From the NCBI GenBank assembly GCA_036785375.1, contig JAWMAR010000293.1, positions 930,001 through 994,000 of the forward strand: a stretch of DNA of 64,000 nucleotides, in the 5' to 3' direction. Positions 38,720 to 51,597 of the stretch are shown piece by piece (the stretch's first letter is position 1; each line of letters starts with the position of its first letter). Below the pieces are notes generated by a model that was given only the letters and a program-made list of their open reading frames with translations, was not told the origin of the DNA and did no database searches. Made by a program: the position numbers and the translations under genes. Source of the DNA: Leucoraja ocellata (taxonomy: Eukaryota).

Positions 38720-38915
38720 GTGTAGGAAGGAACTGCAGATGCTGATTTAAACCGAAGATAGACACAAAGAGCTGGAGTTACTCAGCGGGATCATCTCTGG
38801 AGAGAGTGAATGGGTGACGTTTCTTCTGAAGAAGGGTCTCAACCCGAAATGTCACCCATTCCTTCTCTCCAGAGATGCTGCCTGTCCCACTGAGTTACAC
38901 CAGCTCTTTGTGTCT
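38720..38915. mobile_element. PLE-derived foldback (family A) with hammerhead core at 38826-38857
   Basis: TGTAGGAAGGAACTGCAGATGCTG...GAATGGGTGACGTTTC then CTGAAGAAGGGTCTCAACCCGAAATGTCACCCATTCC. Imperfect ~17-bp flanking direct repeat. Confidence 0.8.
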
Positions 38916-40281
38916 CTGTAGGAGGGATGTTGGACACTTGATTTCTGAGTGAAATCTCCTCCTTTAATCTTATGGAGGTAACTATTTATTGGTTTGTCTT
39001 TTAGTTTAATGGAGACCATTCAGCCCATTTATCTATATACTTGCTCTCAAAACAATCTCCTTTGTATTCCTCATGTTTCATACTTTCATCACCCACTTCT
39101 ACGAGGGGTGCCCTTTACAGCAGCCATTAACCCATCAATTTGGAATATGGGAGATAACTGGAGCACCTGGGAGAATCCTGCATGGCCGCAGTGTGCATGG
39201 TCTCAGCATTCAGGGTCAAGATTGAACCTGGGTCATTGGAGCTGTGTAACGTTAGCTCCATCCGCAGGCATCACTGGGTTGCCTGTAACTGGAAAATATT
39301 ATCGACTGTTTAGTAGCTGAGCTATTTGGCAGAGGTCAACAGGCACATTTCATTTGAGGGGGAGAAGCAGCTATAGTTGTACATTCATTAAATGCTGCAC
39401 CTTCTACTAATTATGTTGGCTGGATTTTGCTGAGAGCCACAGATCCTTTCTCATTCCGCAACAGAGTGAGTGGGAAAGGCAGTAATCCACCGGTGGCTGA
39501 GAGTGGGGCTGCTTTGTTCCCCATCACAGCCCCAGACGGTCTGCGGTGCCCGCCACTCCTTCTGTCCCCCTGGCTGTGGCTGACCTCAGCTCAGGTTAAC
39601 AGAACCATCCCACCACAACCAGAGAGCAATTCTGAACTACTATCTACCTCAGTAGATACTCTCGGTCTATCTTCGATCGGGGGCTTTACTGGCTTTCACT
39701 TATCATGTATCACTTCTGTACACTGTGAATGGCTCGATTGTAATCATGCATTGTCTTTCTGCTGGCTGGTTAGCACACAACAAAGGCTTTTCACTGTACC
39801 TCTGTACATGTGACGATAAGCTAAACCGAACAGCTGAGAGGGGGAATGATGGTGAGAGGAGGGATACTGGTGAGGGTGAGAGAGTGAGTGAGATCATGTG
39901 AGCATCAACTCAGCAGGGATATCCAGAGTCGCAACATTAAGACACAGATCTCATCCTGTGAAAAGAGCAATTCTGTAAAATTGCAATTTAAGTGAGGCCC
40001 TGCTCAATGATCTGACCCTCTGGCCCAGCTGTTGTGTAGCAGGAAGCTTGCCCCGGCTGGATATATGCATTGGATTGATCCGAACCAGTGAATGTGCCCC
40101 GATATCTCCATCATTCCACATATGTTCTATTTTTTAATTGATCTGTTTCAATTATTTTTTTTTTAAGAAGTTGCGCTTTTGGTTTCATGCTGACACCAGT
40201 TTTGACAGCACGCTGTGATTTGACACATAGGTGTACTCTTGTCCTTTCACTAACCTGGCTTTTACTCTTCTCCCTTTCAAG

Positions 40282-40507
40282 GTCCAATGACGATATCCCG
40301 AGGCACAGCGCTGTCGGCTCTCTCCTACCAGAAGGACGGTCTGCTTGGCGGCGTGACAAACCCCAACGAGGTGTTTTGCTCGGTTCCTGGCCGGCTCTCG
40401 CTCCTGAGCTCCACGTCCAAGTACAAGGTGACGGTTGCGGAGGTCCAGAGGCGCCTGTCCCCGCCTGAGTGTCTGAATGCTTCCCTTCTCGGGGGCGTCC
40501 TGCGAAG
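40282..40507 (+). CDS. TFAP2C: TFAP2C-like exon 4, start of basic DNA-binding region
   Basis: Acceptor ctttcaag|GTCCAATG, donor AG|GTGAGT. Encodes [50 protein letters not shown], the highly conserved AP-2 block. Confidence 0.97.
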
Positions 40508-40641
40508 GTGAGTGGAGGAGACTCTCTTTGGTGTTAAAATCCCTTCTCATTTCTTGTTGGGTTGAAACGCCTTAAAACGGAAATCTGCAAGAACACCGAC
40601 TGGCGGGCACATGAATGGGGCTGCGCCATCTCAATGGAAGA

Positions 40642-40955
40642 GCGGCACGGTGGTGCAGCAGTAGAGTTGCTGTCTCACAGCGCCAGGAACAAGGGTTCTA
40701 TCCTGACTATGGATGCTGTCCGTGTGGAGTTTGTATGTTCTCCCCGTGACCTGCCTGGGCTTACTCCGGGTGTTCCGGTTTCCTCCCACACTCCAAAGAC
40801 GTTGAGGTTTGTAGGTTAATTGGCTTGGTATAGTTGTAAATTGTCCCTGGTGTGTAGGATAGTGTTAGTGTGCGGGGATCAGTGCTCAGTGCGAACTCGG
40901 TGGGCCAAAGGCCTGTTTCCGTGCTACATCTCTATACTAAACTAAACTAAACTAA
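40642..40955 (+). mobile_element. Full-length V-SINE (HE1-like), ~135 bp downstream of exon 4
   Basis: Same architecture, with (CTAAA)n tail. Confidence 0.85.
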
Positions 40956-42536
40956 TTGTGTGATTTGACTGATGCATGAGATAAGTGTTTCGTGAAATAA
41001 AAGGAGATGCATTTTTACAACCAGTGATATTTGACGGTCTTTGCTGCCGTGCATAGGGTGGCATTTTTGGTGATACAACAGACTGGATGCAAGAGTCGTA
41101 AGCAAAAAAAGTAAAAAGCAAAAAAACAATCGACTGGAGGAATTCAGTGTGTCAGGCAGCATCTGTGGAGAGAAATGTAGAGTGTTGGGTTGAGGCCCTT
41201 CTGCAGACTGATGGAGTTGAAGTGAGGTCCTTTCCGTACATCTTTTTCCCACCAGCTATCCTCCCCATTACTCCATCAGTCTGAAGATGGGACCTCTGGC
41301 TATACAACAGTCTGTCAGTGTTGTGGAGCTTGGATTCTGCATCTCACTCTCTGGGGCTTCATTAACTGTGGGAGCAGGACAACTGCACGACGTTGGAATG
41401 TCATAGCCGTTTTGTGTCTGTACTAGTTCTAGCAGCAGTGGGCTTTATGGCATTTGCTGGTGGAAAGGTGTTAAGCGAGAGAACTTGCTGCTCTGGAAAA
41501 ATGCTGGCAAAGGTAGCAAGGTTCAACATTGCAACTAGGAGCAGTGACTGCATCATTGCACACTCAGCACTGTCAACCGATCATTAAATGCTGATCTATG
41601 CTAATACAGCCAGCAACTGAGCTAGTCAGCACATTTCAGAGTAAAATCCTGTCTCTAGTCAAAGGAAATCATCTTGCATTCTTTGTTGGAATATGAACAA
41701 ATGACCGCAACCTTCTGTTTAGCAAAGTCGTGGACTCTGAACTGAATTGTTCCTTATTTTCATGTTGGTCTAACCAAGATCAACAGGTGGGAATTGGACA
41801 TTGTTGGATCTTGGTTGGTTCTTTGTTCAACAAGTGAAACTTGTAAGGCCATGATGTGATAAATCAACATGGTCTGAGAGCCATAACAGAGACATGGCTG
41901 CTGGGAGACATGGATGGGGATCTGAATATTGAAGGTACTTTCCACTTTTAAGATGGACAGTTGTGTGAAGAAGCGGCCGTTCGGTCTATCAAGAATACTT
42001 TGCCGATCATGGCTGATCCATCTCTCCATCCGAACCCTATTCTCCTGCCTTCTCCCCATAACCCTTGATACCTGTAGTAATCAGGGATCTATCTATCTCT
42101 GCCTTAAAAATATCCATTGACTTGGCCTCCACAGCTGCCTGGGGCAGTGAATTGCACAGATTCACCACCCTGTGACCAAAGAATTGTGTTGATGAAAGAT
42201 ATTTCTTGCAGAAAGAGAAAGGTACGGGCTTAGTTCTGGAAGTCGGGATGTACAAGATGTTTGGTGGATTTAGGGAAGGATCCATCAGATTGGAAAGTAG
42301 TAAACATAACTCCCTTATTTAAAAACTGAGGAAGGCAGAAAGTGAGGAACTACAGGTCCATTAGCTTAACAAATAAAGTTAGACACTATGATTAAATAAT
42401 TTAGAGCAGGGCACTTAGAAAAACTCAAAGTAATTGGGCAAACTCAGCATCGTACAGTGAAAAGGGATATAGTGTCTGATCAATTTACTGTTCATTGATA
42501 AATTAACGGGCCAAGGATAAATGAGAATGGGTTAAT

Positions 42537-42745
42537 CACAAAATGCTGGAGTAATTCAGCGGGACAGGCAGCATCTTTGGATAGAAGGAATGGGTGACGT
42601 TTTGGGTCGAGATCCTTCTTCAGTCTGAAGACCCAAAACGTCACCCGTTCCTTCTATCCAGAGATGCTGCCTGTCCCGTTGAGTTACTCCAGCATTTTGT
42701 GTCTCTCTTCAGTTTAAACCAGCATCTGCAGTTCCCTCCTACACA
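42537..42745. mobile_element. PLE-derived foldback (family A) nested in an old CR1
   Basis: Long inverted arms. Imperfect flanking direct repeat ATGGGTT(A/G)AT. Confidence 0.8.
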
Positions 42746-43741
42746 ATGGAGCATGGGTTGATGTACTCGGAGATCCAGAGGCAATTTGATAAAAGGCAAC
42801 CTCAGAATTATTGTGGTAAATCAAAGCTCAAAATGTAGGTGGTTACATAATGGGCGTGGGCTGAAGTTTGTCTGGCTAATTGGAAAGCTAGTAGGCATAA
42901 ATGTGTCCTTTACTGGCTGACAAGATGTAGTGAGCTAAGATTGGTTCAATACAATAAGCATTGATGCTGGAGCCGTTATTTTACTACATGACTTGGATTA
43001 ATTCACTCGGGGAATGGTTACGAAATTTCCTGCTGGCACATAGATTGGTGGAAAATAAGTTGAGAAGAGCATATGACGAGGTTTAAAAAGGAGAGAGGAA
43101 GGTAGAGTATAGATATAAATGACTGGATGTAAATAAGTTGAAAGCACTTCAGTGATTTACTAGACTGATATACTGAATGCCATAATGTCATATGAGGGAC
43201 AGTTGAACAGATTAGGCTTGAAGAAGAGTTGAGGGAGGACTTGACAGTAACATATCCATTACATCTTGAGAAGTCTTGGCATGGCAAATGAGGGTGAATT
43301 TTTCCTTTTTGCAGAAAAATCTGGAAAACGAATCACTTTAAAATAAGGGGATATGTGGTTTAAGGTTGATGCAAACTTTTCTGAGTCTTTGAAAGCCTCT
43401 TCCGCGGAAGTTGAAAAGGGAGGGAAGTTGAAAGGATACACTGAATGAACTGAATTGTTACAACATGATCAGTCATGACCATAACGAATGGAGGATCTGG
43501 TTCAATGAACTGAAAGCCCCATTCCTACATCCAGTTCCCAGATCAATAGAAATGTTATTTGACGTGGCGAATGGCCAAGGCTCCCGGAATGCTGTGCGGA
43601 GCCGGGAACCCACCCAGGAGACGAGGTGGGCGGACGAAGGAAGACCCGGCGGGCTGTGGCCTGTAGGGGGGGGGGGAGGCTTGGAAGCAGTCAAGCTGAG
43701 TCCTGAACACTGCAGAACCAAGGGGGTTGGAGTCGCTGGTT

Positions 43742-43922
43742 ATGTGTAGGAAGGAACTGCAGATGCTGGTTTAAACCGAAGATAGACACAAAATAACTGG
43801 AGTGACTCAGCAGGTTAGAAAGCATCTGTGGATAAAAGGAATAGGTGACGTTTCTGGGGAAAAAAGGTCTCGACCCAAAATGTCACCTGTTCCTTTTCTC
43901 CAGAGATGCTGTCTGAACCGCT
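43742..43922. mobile_element. PLE-derived foldback (family A)
   Basis: Same family arms. Flanking CGCTGGT(T/G)ATG. Confidence 0.7.
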
Positions 43923-45576
43923 GGTGATGACAGACTCGAGGAGTGGGGCCGGGGTATTGCCTCTAGTGCTCCAGTACTTTCAAGGCCTGAAGTCCCTCTG
44001 CCCAGGCTGCAGGAGGCACCCCCGGGACACAATGGCGGTCGGGTGAATCTCTTGACGTTGGTTAGCAGGTCAAGCTGGTCGAGGGAGACGGAGGAGGCCC
44101 TGTAGCAGCCTGGCGCTTACCTGGGGAGTTGGACTTTTGGTAAATGCTGCCGAAATATGGCGACTCGTGCATGTGTAATCTATGCACATGCTTTTCACTG
44201 TGGATCGGTGAAGAATTTCACTGTGCAATGCACATAACAATAAATCACCTTTGAACCATTGAGCGATAAAGCAAAAAAAAAATCAAGCATGTATGCTTAC
44301 AAAAGTTGCGAAGAAAGCAGTGGGTGATGGTGGGGTTGGAGTGATTGTGGTGAAAAAAGGGATGGAAATCAGATTCTTTTTAAAGATTAAACCCCTGAGT
44401 GACTGCTGCCATCTTTGTAAGCTTGGTGAAGGAGGTTTAGAGTGAGTCAAGATATGGTCTACCAAAGATAGGAGAGTTTAGAACAGTCAGACCCAGAAAT
44501 CACTCGGCAATGGAGGCTTCTTAGCAGATCAGCTGATGAACCAGGGAGTTAATGTTACGAGAATCTAATTAGTGTTGGAAGTGCAACACTTGGTTATTCC
44601 CAACACCAGGGTTGTTGGCAATGTGGTCCAGTCTCTGCTGGATGCCAGTGAGCGGACGGAACAGGAAATGGGTTTGTTGCAGAGACTGAGACAATGGGTT
44701 CACTTTTCCATCATTTGGTTGGCAGCAATTTTTGCTGATTCAGCACTGGGTGTTAGACAAGCAGCCTGCCATCGTGGGGTTAGATTGGCTAAGCAAGTTT
44801 TGTCTTGGTCAGAGTCAGTCATTCAAGATTCAAGATTCAATTTAATTGTCATTTGGACCCCTTGAGGTCCAAACGAAATGCCGCTTCTGCAGCCATACAT
44901 TACAAACAAATAGACCCAAGACACAACATAATTTACATAAACATCCATCGCATCGCTGTGATGGAAGGCCAAATAAACTTATCTCTCAACTGCACTCTCC
45001 CCCCCCCCGATGTCAGAGTGAAAGTCAAAGCCCCCGGCTGGCGATGGCGATTGTCCCGCGGCCATTAAAGCCACGCCGGGTGGTGCGAGGTCGCACACCG
45101 GGTCTTGGTGTTAGAGCCCCCGGCGTGCGCTCGCAGAGTCCCGCGGCCATTCCAAGCCGCGCGGGGCGGTGATGTCAGGCCCCCGCTCCAGGAGTAACAT
45201 AGCTTGGAATTGGGGCCTCTCGACCATGCGAGTCCATGTAGATCATCAAGCACCCATTTACACTCATCCCATTCTATTCTCCGCACATTCCCATCTGCTG
45301 CCCCAAGATTCTACCACTCACTCGCACACATTTGGTGTAATTTACGGTGGTCAATGAACCTTCCAACCAGCATGCACGCGGAACGTGTGAGAAAGTGCAT
45401 TTGAGAAAATGGAGAACATGGGGTGTAACAGGCACGATGTGCAAACTTCACACAAAGTGTTCTTAGCGTTTTTCCCACTTCTTTATGCTTGCCAACTGAG
45501 GAATATGTCCTGGTGAACTATTTAAATAGGCTGCGAACAGAGTTTTAGAAATTTCCAGCCACTGACTAAAGCCTTA

Positions 45577-45787
45577 AGGGCCTGTCCCACTTGGGCAACA
45601 TTTGCGTGTCACGTGGATGGTACGCGCGAAGATTTTGTGAATCCTGGGGCGCCGCGCGTCACTGCCTATGTGTCACCTTGCACCATGCGCGCCCAATTCA
45701 CGCCATGTGCGCATCACGTGCGCGTCGTGACGCTTAAGTGATGTCGCGTAAATGATGCGCAAATGACGCCCAAGTGGTACAGGCCTT
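45577..45787. mobile_element. CpG-rich MITE with the same terminal motif and a different interior
   Basis: AGGGCCTGTCCCACTTGGGC...GCCCAAGTGGTACAGGCCTT; flanks TTA / TAA. Confidence 0.75.
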
Positions 45788-46419
45788 TAAGTTTTGATGG
45801 AAATTGAGTGGCATAATCAGCAGTCTCTTACATTGCCCCAGTGTCTGCAGAGTTCAAAGTGGAACTCTTTTCATAAGTGCTGAAAAATCACAAGAATTCC
45901 ATCGCCAAAACAGATTTGAGCAAAATATTCACGGTAGTCGTTGCTTCAAATTCCAAGGCACACGAACTACGAATTAAAAAGTTGGAGTCGGGAATTATCT
46001 TTAATAATTCAAAATACATTCCAAAGGAAGCTGGTTGAACCACACAATTACAAGTTGTTTGTACAGCTGAACAGCGCATCAATTGCTGTTGAAGTATATG
46101 GGAAAGCAATAGGTGGGGTTGATATGTACGAGTGATAAGCCTTGTCCTGCTTTTGAATTCCTATGTTCTTAATCACTCCAGTCAGAGTGGTTTATTTCAA
46201 TAGACCACTTTCTTACGAGGCTCGTCTGGTATTTGCAAAGCGGACACTGCAGCCAGAAAGAGTAAAATGAATTAGCAACTCTTCATATTTTGTGATTGGG
46301 TGGGGGGGGGGGGGGGGGAGGATTACTGTTTAAAGGTTCAGTAATCTTGAACCCACATCACATTGGAAAAATCATGATGGATTATAGGTGGGACAGGAGC
46401 CAGACTACAATGTGGAGAA

Positions 46420-46561
46420 GTGTAGGCAGGAACTGCAGATGCTGGTTTAAACCGAGGATAGACACAAGATGCTGGAGTAACTCAGCGAGACAGGCAGCAT
46501 TCCTTCTGTCCAGAGATGCTGCCTGTCCCGATGAGTTACTCCAGTATTTTGACCCTATCTG
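46420..46561. mobile_element. PLE-derived foldback (family A)
   Basis: Perfect 12-bp flanking direct repeat CAATGTGGAGAA at 46408-46419 and 46562-46573. Confidence 0.85.
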
Positions 46562-48354
46562 CAATGTGGAGAAACTGTGTTGCCGTGCAGGGCTGGCTCA
46601 GACCCTGGATGTATATTGTATGTCATTTCCTTTGCTTCCTTTTGCCAAAGAGACTCACTGGACGGAGGCTGAAGGCGTGTCTGAGGTATAAATAACTTGC
46701 GCTGTTTTTGCCGAGGGAGAGAAGTTTGTCAAAGCTGTGGAAACTAAGAGGACAGCAAGGATTCCCAACAAGATGCACGTAGATGGAGTGGGTTGCTAAG
46801 GTGGCTTGTGGTTACCATGGGTTCATCCAAGTGGAAGAGGTGCAGGCTGCGGTGTACACATTGTAAGCTTCTAATTCACTTTGGTGCGGAGTTACTTTCA
46901 GAGAATTGGGGTACTTCAAAAGTGATGTCTGTGATGAGTGTGCCTCACAAATAGAGTCCAATTGAATATTCATCTATGGCAGGAAGAGAAATAAGAATGA
47001 CTATGGGAAGACTAGATGGAGGGAGAGGCCATGGCTTTAAGAACAAATCTGCCTCACATTTCATCGCTGCCTTTTGTGTACCAATCAGCCACCATGTGAT
47101 TGGACAAGACCTGCTTTGGTTGAGGGCCCACCACTTGGATATTGATAGTGCTTGGGATGTCGGGCATCGCTGGATCAGCCTTGCACAAGGCCATTCCTCT
47201 TTGTGTTATGCCAGTGCAGGGTGTGAGAAAGGAAGCTGGTAAAGCTAGGGCTGAGGGTTTGTGAGGAGGAGGTTATGCATCAGAAGGGAGAGGTTGAGAT
47301 AAGAATTGTCTACTTGTGGTTAGTGGTGACAGTGATGTGGGATGTGGTGTGATGGGTGCTGGATGTGGCCTGTGGATGGTTAGTCAGGGGGGAGGTTGGT
47401 AGGTGGAAGCAGAGGAACGTGTGCCAAGTGGATGGTTGATGGGAAGCCTTGATTCAGATGATTGATGCCAGTGGGTTGGGTTAGGTTAGGTTAATGCTGG
47501 GGAGAATCTGAAGAGCTGCTGGATAATGAGGGTAGAGTTGTTAACTCTGAATTAAGACGTGCTCACCTCCCTCCTGACCAACCATGAAAATAGGAGCAGG
47601 ATGGTGCCATACAAAGCTACTCTGGCATTCAATGTGATCGTGGCTGATCTGTGCTGACCATGTCTCCTCTTCTGTCCCATTTTCAAATAACATTCAATTC
47701 CTTGATCTTTCAAATATTTATCCATCTTAAACATATCTAATGATCTGCCCTTCACCCACCATCCTCTTAGGCAGTGATTTCCAGAGTTTCATTAACATTT
47801 GAGAAGAAATTTCTGCAAATATCAGTTTTAAATGACCAGACCCTATAACCAGTAACAATATACTTTATACCAGTTCATGACTCTTTCACTAGTGGAAACA
47901 TCCCAACATCTACCCAGTAAAGCATCCCCTTGCAATCTTGTATGCTTCAATAATGTCACCACTCATTCTCTACTCATTCTCTGAACTTACAAGGAATATG
48001 GACCCAAACTGTGTAGTCTTTCTTGATAGGACAATTCTCCTATCCCAGTAATTAGCCTGGTGAATCTCCTGTGACTCCTATATCCTTTGTAGGTAAGGGG
48101 AAAGGAACTGTGGGCAATATTCCAGGTGGGACCTCACCAACATCCTTTGCAACAGTAACAAAACTTTCCTGTACTTCAACTCCCAACTTCTTGTGCCATA
48201 AACACCAAATATATTTTGCATTCATAATGACCTGTCTTGTCATGCTATCTGGATCTGTCTGCTATCACCTTGAGATTCATGCACAGAACAACCATGTCCC
48301 TTGGAAATGTGTACATATGCAATCTATCTCCATTTATATAATTTATATAAATTT

Positions 48355-48592
48355 CACACTGAGTGGTGAATCTCTGGAACTCTCTGCCACAGAGGGTAGG
48401 TGAGGCCAGTTCATTGGCTATATTTAAGAGGGAGTTAGATGTGGCCCTTGTGGCTAAGGGGATGATCGGAGGGTATGGAGAGAAGGCAGGTATGGGATAT
48501 TGAGTTGGATGATCAGCCATGATCATATTGAATGGCGGTGCAGGCTCGAAGGGCCGAATGGCCTACTCCTGCACCTAATTTCTATGTTTCTA
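48355..48592 (+). mobile_element. Young CR1 3' fragment nested in an old minus-strand CR1
   Basis: Matches the CR1 3' end and tail. Confidence 0.85.
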
Positions 48593-48761
48593 TAATTTCT
48601 CTGACTGAAGAACCTTGCACTTACCCCACATTAAACTCCATTTGCGTGGGCCAAATCATTCAATCTATTGATGTTGTATCTATATCTTAAATATACCTAA
48701 TGATTCGACCTCCACCCATCATATTCAACTTGTTGTAGAATCACTATGCCCTCATCACCCC

Positions 48762-49360
48762 ATGCAGTTGTACAGGGTCTTGGTGAGACCACACCTGGAG
48801 TATTGCGTACAGTTTTGGTCTCCAAATCTGAGGAAGGACATTATTGCCATAGAGGGAGTGCAGAGACGGTTCACCAGACTGATTCCTGGGATGTCAGGAC
48901 TGTCTTATGAAGAAAGACTGGATAGACTTGGTTTATACTCTCTGGAATTTAGGAGATTGAGAGGGGATCTTATAGAAACTTACAAAATTCTTAAGGGGTT
49001 GGACAGGCTAGATGCAGGAAGATTGTTCCCGATGTTAGGGAAGTCCAGGACAAGGGGTCACAGCTTAAGGATAAGGGGGAAATCCTTTAAAACCGAGATG
49101 AGAAGAACTTTTTTTACACAGAGAGTGGTGAATCTCTGGAACTCTCTGCCACAGAGGGTAGTTGAGGCCAGTTCATTGGCTATATTTAAGAGGGAGTTAG
49201 ATGTGGCCCTTGTGGCTAAGGGGATCAGGGGGTATGGAGAGAAGGCAGGTACGGGATATTGAGTTGTATGATCAGCCATGATCATATTGAATGGCGGTGC
49301 AGGCTCGAAGGGCCGAATGGCCTACTCCTGCACCTAATTTCTATGTTTCTATGTTTCTAT
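48762..49360 (+). mobile_element. Young CR1 3' fragment nested in an old minus-strand CR1
   Basis: 166-aa ORF almost identical to the C-terminus of ORF 29559-30842; three-unit tail. Confidence 0.92.
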
Positions 49361-51069
49361 CACAACCGACTCTTCCACCTACCTTTGTATCATTAACAAA
49401 CTTGGAAACCTTTAACCTTAAAATGTTTTCCATCTTCCAGGTCATCAATGTTAATATTAAACAAGGGCCACTATTCCTGGAGCACTCAACTATTTACATG
49501 CCTTTTACCTTAAAATAACATTTATTTAAACTCCTTGTTTTCAACATAGCGAGCGGTTTTCAATCCATGCAAATACACTTTCTCCAAAACCCTGGGTAGT
49601 TCATTTAAGCACAAGCCTCTTGTATGTCACAATGGCAGATGTCTTTGGTAATTCTAAACACATGACATGTACAAGTTCTCCTCTATCAACACTTCCTGAC
49701 GCATCCTCAAAGAATTCAAGCAAACCTGTCAAAAATAATTTGCATCTTATAAAACCACGTTGACTAGATTTGATTTTATTCGGCTTTAATCTGTTTTGTT
49801 TTTTTCTTTGATTTTTAACTCCAACGTCTTGCCAGCAATAGATGTAAAGGTAACTGGCATGTAGTTCCTCAGCTGGTGTACAATCCCTTGTACAATCTTC
49901 TGGAACCATCCTGGAAGTAAGTGAGGTTTGGAAAAATGCCAATTGAAGTATGGACACATGAACGGGCAGAGAATAGGGATCTTGTTGATGCTGATGGACA
50001 TAGTTATGTTAGCATCAGGGCTGACACGGGCATGGTGGGTCGCAGGGCCTTTTCCTCAGCTGTACGGTGTTCTATGGAATGTTGAAGAACCTCTTTGTGG
50101 GCTCACTTTTGTTTTATCTCATTTCGTTTAGTTTAGAGATTCAGTGCGGAAAAAGGCTATCTCCATACACTAACCCTATCCTGCACACTAGGGACAATTT
50201 CCATTTTTGACTGAAGCCAATTAACCTACAAACTGTGCATCTTTAGAGGGTGGCAGGACACCAGATCACCCGGAGAGAACCCACGTGGTCACAGGGAGAA
50301 TCTACAAACTCCGTACAGGATTGAACCCGAGTCTCTGGCACTGTAAGGCAGCAACTCTACTGCTGCGCCCCAGTGACGCCCATGTTAGCTACCATGATTG
50401 TGTTTAGTGAATTATGTCCATTACCTCAAGGTTGTGGGTAGATCTGTCAGCTTTCAATGAACACGGTGTTAGTGCATATTTTGTTGCCAGAGCAGGCATG
50501 ATGGGCTGAATGGCCTCCACCAGCTTCTATCTCGTATGTTTTTTACTATATTCTTCCTAATCTCATAAGTATTGGCGGCTCACAAGCTTTAGTTATCACG
50601 GGTATAAGTATGATTACACTCATGAAGATGACAAGGGCTAGGGGCTAACTAGTATGCAAATCCTGCCATTATCTCGAATTATTCTGCCAAGTAAGAGTGT
50701 GAAGAGTTGAAGTAGACATGTGTTGATCATGAAGCAATAGTTAGCTCTGTGTGAGTAGAATCTGGGGCTTTAACTGAGATAAACCTGCCAAATGCTAAAA
50801 TGGTTACATTTCTCATCATCACTCACTTGAGCTTCAGCTTAGTGAGCCTGGCTTGTGATTTCTAGAGAGGTGGACGAGGAATGTAAAGACACATCTTAAG
50901 GCAGGCAGTGCTGAGTGGGGCAATTCAAGTTCGTCTCTTCAATGTCTTTCACTCGTGAAATGGCATAAATTATGCGCTTTTAAAAATAAATGCATTTCGT
51001 TGTCTCTGTACTGCACACTGACAATGACAATTAAAATTGAACCTGAATCTGAATCTAAAAATAAACTAA

Positions 51070-51225
<156 letters not shown>

Positions 51226-51301
51226 TGAATTGACTAGTTTATTGTCTCGTGTACTGAGGTTGAGTGAAAAGCCATTTTGTTGCAGTCAGCAGAAGGACAA
51301 T

Positions 51302-51597
51302 ACTGAAGGAGGGTCTCGACCCGAAACGCCGCCCATTCCTTCTCTCCGGAGATGCTCCCTGTCCCGCTGAGTTACTCCAGCATTTTGTGTCAAACATGAT
51401 TATAATCGAAGGTACACAAAAATGCTGGAGAAACTCAGCGGGTGCAGCAGCATCTATGGAGCGAAGGAAATAGGCAACGTTTCGGGACGAAACGTTGCCT
51501 ATTTCCTTCGCTCCATAGATGCTGCTCCACCCGCTGAGTTTCTCCAGCATTTTTGTGTACCTTCGATTTTCCCGCATCTGCAGTTCCTTCTTAAACA
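51302..51597. mobile_element. Adjacent PLE family A tail and family B foldback inserted in a LINE 3' fragment, intron 5
   Basis: CTGAAGGAGGGTCTCGACCCGAAAC tail at 51303-51391, then the foldback flanked by ACATGAT(T/C)ATAATCGA (51394 and 51597). Confidence 0.8.

Larger units (their letters stand above)
47580..49930 (-). mobile_element. Old degenerate CR1 (minus strand) hosting two younger CR1 insertions
   Basis: Residual peptide SQRGFIRCKLFLTGLLEFFEDASGSVDRGELVHVMCL (49601-49957 ORF) and degenerate 3' motifs near 47600-48300. Confidence 0.7.
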
